Positions 37,703 to 50,900 of a stretch of DNA of 64,000 bases are shown here, piece by piece. The notes beneath the pieces were generated by a model that searched no databases, had not been told where the DNA came from, and saw only the letters and a program-made list of their open reading frames with translations. The position numbers and the translations under genes were made by a program. Location of the stretch: assembly GCF_009914755.1 (NCBI RefSeq), contig NC_060931.1; one strand, 5' to 3'. Source of the DNA: the human T2T-CHM13v2.0 reference genome, Homo sapiens. Positions within the stretch are counted from its first letter, which is position 1. Each line of letters opens with the position of its first letter.

Positions 37703-40700
37703 TTTCTTCATTTCATGCTAGACAGAAGAATTCTCAGTAACTTCTTTGTGCTGTGTGTATTCAACTCACAGAGTGGAACGTCCCTTTGCACAGAGCAGAT
37801 TTTAAACACTCTTTTTGTGGAGTTTGCAAGTGGAGATTTCAAGCGATTTGATGCCAACAGTAGAAAAGGAAATATCTTCAAATAAAAACTAGACAGAATC
37901 ATTCTCAGAAACTACTTTGTGATGTGTGCCTTCAACTCACAGAGTTCAACCTTTCTTTTCTTAGAGCAGTTTAGAAACACTCTGCTTGTTATGTCTGCAA
38001 GTGGATATTTGGACCTCTTTGAGGCCTTCGTTGCAAACGGGGTTTCTTCCTTTCATGCTAGACTAAGAAGAGTTCTCAGTAACTTTTTTGTGTTGTGTGT
38101 ATTCAACTCACAGAGTTGAACCTTGCTTTAGAGAGAGCAGATTTGAAACACTCTTGCTGTGGCATTTTCAGGTGGAGATTTCAAGCGATTTGAGGACAAT
38201 TGCAGAAAAGGAAATATCTTCGTATAATAACCAGACAGAATCATTCTCAGAAAGTGCTTTGTGATGTGTGCGTTCAACTCACAGAGTTTAACCTTTCTTT
38301 TCATAGAGGAGTTTGGAAACACACTGTTTGTAAAGTCTGCAAGTGGATACATGGACCTGTTTGAGGCCTTCGTTGGAAACGGGATTTCTTCATTGAATTC
38401 TAGACGGAAGAATTCTCAGTAAATTCTTTGTGTTGTGTGCATTCAACTCACAGAGTGGAACGTCCCTTTAGACAGAGCAGATTTGAAACACTCTTTTTGC
38501 GGAATTTGCAAGTGGAGATTTCTAGCCATTTGATGCCAACAGTAGAAAGGGAAATATCTTCAAATAAAAACCAGACAGAATCATTCTCAGAAAATTCTTT
38601 GTGATGTGTGCGTTCAACTCACATAGTTTAACCTTTCTTTTCATAGAGCAGTTTGGAAACACTCTGTTTGTAAAGTCTGCAAGTGGATATATGGACCGCA
38701 TTGAGGCCTTCGTTGGAAACGGGATTTCTTCATTTCATGCTAGACAGAAGAATTCTCAGTAACTCCTTTGTGCTGTGTGTATTCAACTCACAGAGTGGAA
38801 CGTCCCTTTGCACAGAGCAGATTTGAAACACTCTTTTTGTGGAGTTTGCAAGTGGAGATTTCAAGCGATTTGATGCCAACAGTAGAAAAGGAAATATCTT
38901 CAAATAAAAACTAGACAGAATCATTCTCAGAAACTACTTTGTGATGTGTGCCTTCAACTCACAGAGTTTAACCTTTCTTTTCTTAGAGCAGTTTAGAAAC
39001 ATTCTGCTTGTTATGTCTGCAAGTGGATATTTGGACCTCTTTGAGGCCTTCGTTGCAAACGGGGTTTCTTCCTTTCATGCTAGACTAAGAAGAGTTCTCA
39101 GTAACTTTTTTGTGTTGTGTGTATTCAACTCACAGAGTTGAACCTTGCTTTAGAGAGAGCAGATTTGAAACACTCTTGCTGTGGCATTTTCAGGTGGAGA
39201 TTTCAAGCGATTTGAGGACAATTGCAGAAAAGGAAATATCTTCGTATAATAACCAGACAGAATCATTCTCAGAAAGTGCTTTGTGATGTGTGCGTTCAAC
39301 TCACAGAGTTTAACCTTTCTTTTCATAGAGGAGTTTGGAAACACACTGTTTGTAAAGTCTGCAAGTGGATATATGGACCTGTTTGAGGCCTTCGTTGGAA
39401 ACGGGATTTCTTCATTGAATGCTAGACGGAAGAATTCTCAGTAAATTCTTTGTATTGTGTGCATTCAACTCACAGAGTGGAACGTCCCTTTAGACAGAGC
39501 AGATTTGAAACACTCTTTTTGCGGAATTTGCAAGTGGAGATTTCTAGCCATTTGATGCCAACAGTAGAAAGGGAAATATCTTCAAATAAAAACCAGACAG
39601 AATCATTCTCAGAAAATTCTTTGTGATGTGTGCGTTCAACTCACATAGTTTAACCTTTCTTTTCATAGAGCAGTTTGGAAACACTCTGTTTGTAAAGTCT
39701 GCAAGTGGATATATGGACCGCATTGAGGCCTTCGTTGGAAACGGGATTTCTTCATTTCATGCTAGACAGAAGAATTCTCAGTAACTCCTTTGTGCTGTGT
39801 GTATTCAACTCACAGAGTGGAACGTCCCTTTGCACAGAGCAGATTTGAAACACTCTTTTTGTGGAGTTTGCAAGTGGAGATTTCAAGCGATTTGATGCCA
39901 ACAGTAGAAAAGGAAATATCTTCAAATAAAAACTAGACAGAATCATTCTCAGAAACTACTTTGTGATGTGTGCCTTCAACTCACAGAGTTTAACCTTTCT
40001 TTTCTTAGAGCAGTTTAGAAACACTCTGCTTGTTATGTCTGCAAGTGGATATTTGGACCTCTTTGAGGCCTTCGTTGCAAACGGGGTTTCTTCCTTTCAT
40101 GCTAGACTAAGAAGAGTTCTCAGTAACTTTTTTGTGTTGTGTGTATTCAACTCACAGAGTTGAACCTTGCTTTAGAGAGAGCAGATTTGAAACACTCTTG
40201 CTGTGGCATTTTCAGGTGGAGATTTCAAGCGATTTGAGGACAATTGCAGAAAAGGAAATATCTTCGTATAATAACCAGACAGAATCATTCTCAGAAAGTG
40301 CTTTGTGATGTGTGCGTTCAACTCACAGAGTTTAACCTTTCTTTTCATAGAGGAGTTTGGAAACACACTGTTTGTAAAGTCTGCAAGTGGATATATGGAC
40401 CTGTTTGAGGCCTTCGTTGGAAACGGGATTTCTTCATTGAATGCTAGACGGAAGAATTCTCAGTAAATTCTTTGTGTTGTGTGCATTCAACTCACAGAGT
40501 GGAACGTCCCTTTAGACACAGCAGATTTGAAACACTCTTTTTGCGGAATTTGCAAGTGGAGATTTCTAGCCATTTGATGCCAACAGTAGAAAGGGAAATA
40601 TCTTCAAATAAAAACCAGACAGAATCATTCTCAGAAAATTCTTTGTGATGTGTGCGTTCAACTCACATAGTTTAACCTTTCTTTTCATAGAGCAGTTTGG

Positions 40701-40965
40701 AAACACTCTGTTTGTAAAGTCTGCAAGTGGATATATGGACCGCATTGAGGCCTTCGTTGGAAACGGGATTTCTTCATTTCATGCTAGACAGAAGAATTCT
40801 CAGTAACTTCTTTGTGCTGTGTGTATTCAACTCACAGAGTGGAACGTCCCTTTACACAGAGCAGATTTGAAACACTCTTTTTGTGGAGTTTGCAAGTGGA
40901 GATTTCAAGCGATTTGATGCCAACAGTAGAAAAGGAAATATCTTCAAATAAAAACTAGACAGAAT

Positions 40966-43900
40966 CATTCTCAGAAACTACTTTGTGATGTGTGCCTTCA
41001 ACTCACAGAGTTTAACCTTTCTTTTCTTAGAGCAGTTTAGAAACACTCTGCTTGTTATGTCTGCAAGTGGATATTTGGACCTCTTTGAGGCCTTCGTTGC
41101 AAACGGGGTTTCTTCCTTTCATGCTAGACTAAGAAGAGTTCTCAGTAACTTTTTTGTGTTGTGTGTATTCAACTCACAGAGTTGAACCTTGCTTTAGAGA
41201 GAGCAGATTTGAAACACTCTTGCTGTGGCATTTTCAGGTGGAGATTTCAAGCGATTTGAGGACAATTGCAGAAAAGGAAATATCTTCGTATAATAACCAG
41301 ACAGAATCATTCTCAGAAAGTGCTTTGTGATGTGTGCGTTCAACTCACAGAGTTTAACCTTTCTTTTCATAGAGGAGTTTGGAAACACACTGTTTGTAAG
41401 GACTGCAAGTGGATATATGGACCTGTTTGAGGCCTTCGTTGGAAACGGGATTTCTTCATTGAATGCTAGACGGAAGAATTCTCAGTAAATTCTTTGTGTT
41501 GTGTGCATTCAACTCACAGAGTGGAACGTCCCTTTAGACACAGCAGATTTGAAACACTCTTTTTGCGGAATTTGCAAGTGGAGATTTCTAGCCATTTGAT
41601 GCCAACAGTAGAAAGGGAAATATCTTCAAATAAAAACCAGACAGAATCATTCTCAGCAAATTCTTTGTGATGTGTACGTTCAACTCACATAGTTTAACCT
41701 TTCTTTTCATAGAGCAGTTTGGAAACACTCTGTTTGTAAAGTCTGCAAGTGGATATATGGACCGCATTGAGGCCTTCGTTGGAAACGGGATTTCTTCATT
41801 TCATGCTAGACAGAAGAATTCTCAGTAACTTCTTTGTGCTGTGTGTATTCAACTCACAGAGTGGAACGTCCCTTTGCACAGAGCAGATTTGAAACACTCT
41901 TTTTGTGGAGTTTGCAAGTGGAGATTTCAAGCGATTTGATGCCAACAGTAGAAAAGGAAATATCTTCAAATAAAAACTAGACAGAATCATTCTCAGAAAC
42001 TACTTTGTGATGTGTGCCTTCAACTCACAGAGTTCAACCTTTCTTTTCTTAGAGCAGTTTAGAAACACTCTGCTTGTTATGTCTGCAAGTGGATATTTGG
42101 ACCTCTTTGAGGCCTTCGTTGCAAACGGGGTTTCTTCCTTTCATGCTAGACTAAGAAGAGTTCTCAGTAACTTTTTTGTGTTGTGTGTATTCAACTCACA
42201 GAGTTGAACCTTGCTTTAGAGAGAGCAGATTTGAAACACTCTTGCTGTGGCATTTTCAGGTGGAGATTTCAAGCGATTTGAGGACAATTGCAGAAAAGGA
42301 AATATCTTCGTATAATAACCAGACAGAATCATTCTCAGAAAGTGCTTTGTGATGTGTGCGTTCAACTCACAGAGTTTAACCTTTCTTTTCATAGAGGAGT
42401 TTGGAAACACACTGTTTGTAAAGTCTGCAAGTGGATACATGGACCTGTTTGAGGCCTTCGTTGGAAACGGGATTTCTTCATTGAATGCTAGACGGAAGAA
42501 TTCTCAGTAAATTCTTTGTGTTGTGTGCATTCAACTCACAGAGTGGAACGTCCCTTTAGACAGAGCAGATTTGAAACACTCTTTTTGCGGAATTTGCAAG
42601 TGGAGATTTCTAGCCATTTGATGCCAACAGTAGAAAGGGAAATATCTTCAAATAAAAACCAGACAGAATCATTCTCAGAAAATTCTTTGTGATGTGTGCG
42701 TTCAACTCACATAGTTTAACCTTTCTTTTCATAGAGCAGTTTGGAAACACTCTGTTTGTAAAGTCTGCAAGTGGATATATGGACCGCATTGAGGCCTTCG
42801 TTGGAAACGGGATTTCTTCATTTCATGCTAGACAGAAGAATTCTCAGTAACTTCTTTGTGCTGTGTGTATTCAACTCACAGAGTGGAACGTCCCTTTACA
42901 CAGAGCAGATTTGATACACTCTTTTTGTGGAGTTTGCAAGTGGAGATTTCAAGCGATTTGATGCCAACAGTAGAAAAGCAAATATCTTCAAATAAAAACT
43001 AGACAGAATCATTCTCAGAAACTACTTTGTGATGTGTGCCTTCAACTCACAGAGTTTAACCTTTCTTTTCTTAGAGCAGTTTAGAAACACTCTGCTTGTT
43101 ATGACTGCAAGTGGATATTTGGACCTCTTTGAGGCCTTCGTTGCAAACGGGGTTTCTTCCTTTCATGCTAGACTAAGAAGAGTTCTCAGTAACTTTTTCG
43201 TGTTGTGTGTATTAAACTCACAGAGTTGAACCTTGCTTTAGAGAGAGCAGATTTGAAACACTGTTGCTGTGGCATTTTCAGGTGGAGATTTCAAGCGATT
43301 TGAGGACAATTGCAGAAAAGGAAATATCTTCGTATAATAACCAGACAGAATCATTCTCAGAAAGTGCTTTGTGATGTGTGCGTTCAACTCACAGAGTTTA
43401 ACCTTTCTTTTCATAGAGGAGTTTGGAAACACACTGTTTGTAAGGACTGCAAGTGGATATATGGACCTGTTTGAGGCCTTCGTTGGAAACGGGATTTCTT
43501 CATTGAATGCTAGACGGAAGAATTCTCAGTAAATTCTTTGTGTTGTGTGCATTCAACTCACAGAGTGGAACGTCCCTTTAGACACAGCAGATTTGAAACA
43601 CTCTTTTTGCGGAATTTGCAAGTGGAGATTTCTAGCCATTTGATGCCAACAGTAGAAAGGGAAATATCTTCAAATAAAAACCAGACAGAATCATTCTCAG
43701 CAAATTCTTTGTGATGTGTGCGTTCAACTCACATAGTTTAACCTTTCTTTTCATAGAGCAGTTTGGAAACACTCTGTTTGTAAAGTCTGCAAGTGGATAT
43801 ATGGACCGCATTGAGGCCTTCGTTGGAAACGGGATTTCTTCATTTCATGCTAGACAGAAGAATTCTCAGTAACTTCTTTGTGCTGTGTGTATTCAACTCA

Positions 43901-46900
43901 CAGAGTGGAACGTCCCTTTACACAGAGCAGATTTGAAACACTCTTTTTGTGGAGTTTGCAAGTGGAGATTTCAAGCGATTTGATGCCAACAGTAGAAAAG
44001 GAAATATCTTCAAATAAAAACTAGACAGAATCATTCTCAGAAACTACTTTATGATGTGTGCCTTCAACTCACAGAGTTTAACCTTTCTTTTCTTAGAGCA
44101 GTTTAGAAACACTCTGCTTGTTATGTCTGCAAGTGGATATTTGGACCTCTTTGAGGCCTTCGTTGCAAACGGGGTTTCTTCCTTTCATGCTAGACTAAGA
44201 AGAGTTCTCAGTAACTTTTTTGTGTTGTGTGTATTCAACTCACAGAGTTGAACCTTGCTTTAGAGAGAGCAGATTTGAAACACTCTTGCTGTGGCATTTT
44301 CAGGTGGAGATTTCAAGCGATTTGAGGACAATTGCAGAAAAGGAAATATCTTCGTATAATAACCAGACAGAATCATTCTCAGAAAGTGCTTTGTGATGTG
44401 TGCGTTCAACTCACAGAGTTTAACCTTTCTTTTCATAGAGGAGTTTGGAAACACACTGTTTGTAAGGACTGCAAGTGGATATATGGACCTGTTTGAGGCC
44501 TTCGTTGGAAACGGGATTTCTTCATTGAATGCTAGACGGAAGAATTCTCAGTAAATTCTTTGTGTTGTGTGCATTCAACTCACAGAGTGGAACGTCCCTT
44601 TAGACACAGCAGATTTGAAACACTCTTTTTGCGGAATTTGCAAGTGGAGATTTCTAGCCATTTGATGCCAACAGTAGAAAGGGAAATATCTTCAAATAAA
44701 AACCAGACAGAATCATTCTCAGCAAATTCTTTGTGATGTGTACGTTCAACTCACATAGTTTAACCTTTCTTTTCATAGAGCAGTTTGGAAACACTCTGTT
44801 TGTAAAGTCTGCAAGTGGATATATGGACCGCATTGAGGCCTTCGTTGGAAACGGGATTTCTTCATTTCATGCTAGACAGAAGAATTCTCAGTAACTTCTT
44901 TGTGCTGTGTGTATTCAACTCACAGAGTGGAACGTCCCTTTGCACAGAGCAGATTTGAAACACTCTTTTTGTGGAGTTTGCAAGTGGAGATTTCAAGCGA
45001 TTTGATGCCAACAGTAGAAAAGGAAATATCTTCAAATAAAAACTAGACAGAATCATTCTCAGAAACTACTTTGTGATGTGTGCCTTCAACTCACAGAGTT
45101 CAACCTTTCTTTTCTTAGAGCAGTTTAGAAACACTCTGCTTGTTATGTCTGCAAGTGGATATTTGGACCTCTTTGAGGCCTTCGTTGCAAACGGGGTTTC
45201 TTCCTTTCATGCTAGACTAAGAAGAGTTCTCAGTAACTTTTTTGTGTTGTGTGTATTCAACTCACAGAGTTGAACCTTGCTTTAGAGAGAGCAGATTTGA
45301 AACACTCTTGCTGTGGCATTTTCAGGTGGAGATTTCAAGCGATTTGAGGACAATTGCAGAAAAGGAAATATCTTCGTATAATAACCAGACAGAATCATTC
45401 TCAGAAAGTGCTTTGTGATGTGTGCGTTCAACTCACAGAGTTTAACCTTTCTTTTCATAGAGGAGTTTGGAAACACACTGTTTGTAAAGTCTGCAAGTGG
45501 ATACATGGACCTGTTTGAGGCCTTCGTTGGAAACGGGATTTCTTCATTGAATGCTAGACGGAAGAATTCTCAGTAAATTCTTTGTGTTGTGTGCATTCAA
45601 CTCACAGAGTGGAACGTCCCTTTAGACAGAGCAGATTTGAAACACTCTTTTTGCGGAATTTGCAAGTGGAGATTTCTAGCCATTTGATGCCAACAGTAGA
45701 AAGGGAAATATCTTCAAATAAAAACCAGACAGAATCATTCTCAGAAAATTCTTTGTGATGTGTGCGTTCAACTCACATAGTTTAACCTTTCTTTTCATAG
45801 AGCAGTTTGGAAACACTCTGTTTGTAAAGTCTGCAAGTGGATATATGGACCGCATTGAGGCCTTCGTTGGAAACGGGATTTCTTCATTTCATGCTAGACA
45901 GAAGAATTCTCAGTAACTTCTTTGTGCTGTGTGTATTCAACTCACAGAGTGGAACGTCCCTTTACACAGAGCAGATTTGATACACTCTTTTTGTGGAGTT
46001 TGCAAGTGGAGATTTCAAGCGATTTGATGCCAACAGTAGAAAAGCAAATATCTTCAAATAAAAACTAGACAGAATCATTCTCAGAAACTACTTTGTGATG
46101 TGTGCCTTCAACTCACAGAGTTTAACCTTTCTTTTCTTAGAGCAGTTTAGAAACACTCTGCTTGTTATGACTGCAAGTGGATATTTGGACCTCTTTGAGG
46201 CCTTCGTTGCAAACGGGGTTTCTTCCTTTCATGCTAGACTAAGAAGAGTTCTCAGTAACTTTTTTGTGTTGTGTGTATTAAACTCACAGAGTTGAACCTT
46301 GCTTTAGAGAGAGCAGATTTGAAACACTGTTGCTGTGGCATTTTCAGGTGGAGATTTCAAGCGATTTGAGGACAATTGCAGAAAAGGAAATATCTTCGTA
46401 TAATAACCAGACAGAATCATTCTCAGAAAGTGCTTTGTGATGTGTGCGTTCAACTCACAGAGTTTAACCTTTCTTTTCATAGAGGAGTTTGGAAACACAC
46501 TGTTTGTAAGGACTGCAAGTGGATATATGGACCTGTTTGAGGCCTTCGTTGGAAACGGGATTTCTTCATTGAATGCTAGACGGAAGAATTCTCAGTAAAT
46601 TCTTTGTGTTGTGTGCATTCAACTCACAGAGTGGAACGTCCCTTTAGACACAGCAGATTTGAAACACTCTTTTTGCGGAATTTGCAAGTGGAGATTTCTA
46701 GCCATTTGATGCCAACAGTAGAAAGGGAAATATCTTCAAATAAAAACCAGACAGAATCATTCTCAGCAAATTCTTTGTGATGTGTGCGTTCAACTCACAT
46801 AGTTTAACCTTTCTTTTCATAGAGCAGTTTGGAAACACTCTGTTTGTAAAGTCTGCAAGTGGATATATGGACCGCATTGAGGCCTTCGTTGGAAACGGGA

Positions 46901-47097
46901 TTTCTTCATTTCATGCTAGACAGAAGAATTCTCAGTAACTTCTTTGTGCTGTGTGTATTCAACTCACAGAGTGGAACGTCCCTTTCCACAGAGCAGATTT
47001 GAAACACTCTTTTTGTGGAGTTTGCAAGTGGAGATTTCAACCGATTTGATGCCAACAGTAGAAAAGGAAATATCTTCAAATAAAAACTAGACAGAAT
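40966..47097 (+). repeat. Tandem duplication of a 3-HOR block (HOR41-43 / HOR44-46)
   Basis: Rare variants pair at 3066 bp: 41676/44742 (GTACG), 42915/45981 (GATACAC), 42979/46045 (AAAGCAAA) and 43263/46329 (CACTGTTG). Confidence 0.85.
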
Positions 47098-47905
47098 CAT
47101 TCTCAGAAACTACTTTGTGATGTGTGCCTTCAACTCACAGAGTTCAACCTTTCTTTTCTTAGAGCAGTTTAGAAACACTCTGCTTGTTATGTCTGCAAGT
47201 GGATATTTGGACCTCTTTGAGGCCTTCGTTGCAAACGGGGTTTCTTCCTTTCATGCTAGACAAAGAAGAGTTCTCAGTAACTTTTTTGTGTTGTGTGTAT
47301 TCAACTCACAGAGTTGAACCTTGCTTTAGAGAGAGCAGATTTGAAACACTCTTGCTGTGGCATTTTCAGGTGGAGATTTCAAGCGATTTGAGGACAATTG
47401 CAGAAAAGGAAATATCTTCGTATAATAACCAGACAGAATCATTCTCAGAAAGTGCTTTGTGATGTGTGCGTTCAACTCACAGAGTTTAACCTTTCTTTTC
47501 ATAGAGGAGTTTGGAAACACACTGTTTGTAAAGTCTGCAAGTGGATACATGGACCTGTTTGAGGCCTTCGTTGGAAACGGGATTTCTTCATTGAATGCTA
47601 GACGGAAGAATTCTCAGTAAATTCTTTGTGTTGTGTGCATTCAACTCACAGAGTGGAACGTCCCTTTAGACAGAGCAGATTTGAAACACTCTTTTTGCGG
47701 AATTTGCAAGTGGAGATTTCTAGCCATTTGATGCCAACAGTAGAAAGGGAAATATCTTCAAATAAAAACCAGACAGAATCATTCTCAGAAAATTCTTTGT
47801 GATGTGTGCGTTCAACTCACATAGTTTAACCTTTCTTTTCATAGAGCAGTTTGGAAACACTCTGTTTGTAAAGTCTGCAAGTGGATATATGGACCGCATT
47901 GAGGC

Positions 47906-47922
47906 CTTCGTTGGAAACAGGA
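47906..47922 (+). other. Core-disrupted CENP-B box (CGGG>CAGG)
   Basis: G>A at 47919. Confidence 0.88.
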
Positions 47923-50900
47923 TTTCTTCATTTCATGCTAGACAGAAGAATTCTCAGTAACTTCTTTGTGCTGTGTGTATTCAACTCACAGAGTGGAACG
48001 TCCCTTTGCACAGAGCAGATTTGAAACACTCTTTTTGTGGAGTTTGCAAGTGGAGATTTCAAGCGATTTGATGCCAACAGTAGAAAAGGAAATATCTTCA
48101 AATAAAAACTAGACAGAATCATTCTCAGAAACTACTTTGTGATGTGTGCCTTCAACTCACAGAGTTTAACCTTTCTTTTCTTAGAGCAGTTTAGAAACAC
48201 TCTGCTTGTTATGTCTGCAAGTGGATATTTGGACCTCTTTGAGGCCTTCGTTGCAAACGGGGTTTCTTCCTTTCATGCTAGACTAAGAAGAGTTCTCAGT
48301 AACTTTTTTGTGTTGTGTGTATTCAACTCACAGAGTTGAACCTTGCTTTAGAGAGAGCAGATTTGAAACACTCTTGCTGTGGCATTTTCAGGTGGAGATT
48401 TCAAGCGATTTGAGGACAATTGCAGAAAAGGAAATATCTTCGTATAATAACCAGACAGAATCATTCTCAGAAAGTGCTTTGTGATGTGTGCGTTCAACTC
48501 ACAGAGTTTAACCTTTCTTTTCATAGAGGAGTTTGGAAACACACTGTTTGTAAAGTCTGCAAGTGGATACATGGACCTGTTTGAGGCCTTCGTTGGAAAC
48601 GGGATTTCTTCATTGAATGCTAGACGGAAGAATTCTCAGTAAATTCTTTGTGTTGTGTGCATTCAACTCACAGAGTGGAACGTCCCTTTAGACAGAGCAG
48701 ATTTGAAACACTCTTTTTGCGGAATTTGCAAGTGGAGATTTCTAGCCATTTGATGCCAACAGTAGAAAGGGAAATATCTTCAAATAAAAACCAGACAGAA
48801 TCATTCTCAGAAAATTCTTTGTGATGTGTGCGTTCAACTCACATAGTTTAACCTTTCTTTTCATAGAGCAGTTTGGAAACACTCTGTTTGTAAAGTCTGC
48901 AAGTGGATATATGGACCGCATTGAGGCCTTCGTTGGAAACGGGATTTCTTCATTTCATGCTAGACAGAAGAATTCTCAGTAACTTCTTTGTGCTGTGTGT
49001 ATTCAACTCACAGAGTGGAACGTCCCTTTACACAGAGCAGATTTGAAACACTCTTTTTGTGGAGTTTGCAAGTGGAGATTTCAAGCGATTTGATGCCAAC
49101 AGTAGAAAAGGAAATATCTTCAAATAAAAACTAGACAGAATCATTCTCAGAAACTACTTTGTGATGTGTGCCTTCAACTCACAGAGTTTAACCTTTCTTT
49201 TCTTAGAGCAGTTTAGAAACACTCTGCTTGTTATGTCTGCAAGTGGATATTTGGACCTCTTTGAGGCCTTCGTTGCAAACGGGGTTTCTTCCTTTCATGC
49301 TAGACTAAGAAGAGTTCTCAGTAACTTTTTTGTGTTGTGTGTATTCAACTCACAGAGTTGAACCTTGCTTTAGAGAGAGCAGATTTGAAACACTCTTGCT
49401 GTGGCATTTTCAGGTGGAGATTTCAAGCGATTTGAGGACAATTGCAGAAAAGGAAATATCTTCGTATAATAACCAGACAGAATCATTCTCAGAAAGTGCT
49501 TTGTGATGTGTGCGTTCAACTCACAGAGTTTAACCTTTCTTTTCATAGAGGAGTTTGGAAACACACTGTTTGTAAGGACTGCAAGTGGATATATGGACCT
49601 GTTTGAGGCCTTCGTTGGAAACGGGATTTCTTCATTGAATGCTAGACGGAAGAATTCTCAGTAAATTCTTTGTGTTGTGTGCATTCAACTCACAGAGTGG
49701 AACGTCCCTTTAGACACAGCAGATTTGAAACACTCTTTTTGCGGAATTTGCAAGTGGAGATTTCTAGCCATTTGATGCCAACAGTAGAAAGGGAAATATC
49801 TTCAAATAAAAACCAGACAGAATCATTCTCAGCAAATTCTTTGTGATGTGTACGTTCAACTCACATAGTTTAACCTTTCTTTTCATAGAGCAGTTTGGAA
49901 ACACTCTGTTTGTAAAGTCTGCAAGTGGATATATGGACCGCATTGAGGCCTTCGTTGGAAACGGGATTTCTTCATTTCATGCTAGACAGAAGAATTCTCA
50001 GTAACTTCTTTGTGCTGTGTGTATTCAACTCACAGAGTGGAACGTCCCTTTGCACAGAGCAGATTTGAAACACTCTTTTTGTGGAGTTTGCAAGTGGAGA
50101 TTTCAAGCGATTTGATGCCAACAGTAGAAAAGGAAATATCTTCAAATAAAAACTAGACAGAATCATTCTCAGAAACTACTTTGTGATGTGTGCCTTCAAC
50201 TCACAGAGTTCAACCTTTCTTTTCTTAGAGCAGTTTAGAAACACTCTGCTTGTTATGTCTGCAAGTGGATATTTGGACCTCTTTGAGGCCTTCGTTGCAA
50301 ACGGGGTTTCTTCCTTTCATGCTAGACTAAGAAGAGTTCTCAGTAACTTTTTTGTGTTGTGTGTATTCAACTCACAGAGTTGAACCTTGCTTTAGAGAGA
50401 GCAGATTTGAAACACTCTTGCTGTGGCATTTTCAGGTGGAGATTTCAAGCGATTTGAGGACAATTGCAGAAAAGGAAATATCTTCGTATAATAACCAGAC
50501 AGAATCATTCTCAGAAAGTGCTTTGTGATGTGTGCGTTCAACTCACAGAGTTTAACTTTTCTTTTCATAGAGGAGTTTGGAAACACACTGTTTGTAAAGT
50601 CTGCAAGTGGATACATGGACCTGTTTGAGGCCTTCGTTGGAAACGGGATTTCTTCATTGAATGCTAGACGGAAGAATTCTCAGTAAATTCTTTGTGTTGT
50701 GTGCATTCAACTCACAGAGTGGAACGTCCCTTTAGACAGAGCAGATTTGAAACACTCTTTTTGCGGAATTTGCAAGTGGAGATTTCTAGCCATTTGATGC
50801 CAACAGTAGAAAGGGAAATATCTTCAAATAAAAACCAGACAGAATCATTCTCAGAAAATTCTTTGTGATGTGTGCGTTCAACTCACATAGTTTAACCTTT

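Noticed and set aside
47184-47462. Longest ORF (92 aa), also at 58426-58704
   Set aside because: It arises from one T>A change removing a stop codon (47262/58504). It is useful as a duplication marker but is not evidence of a gene.
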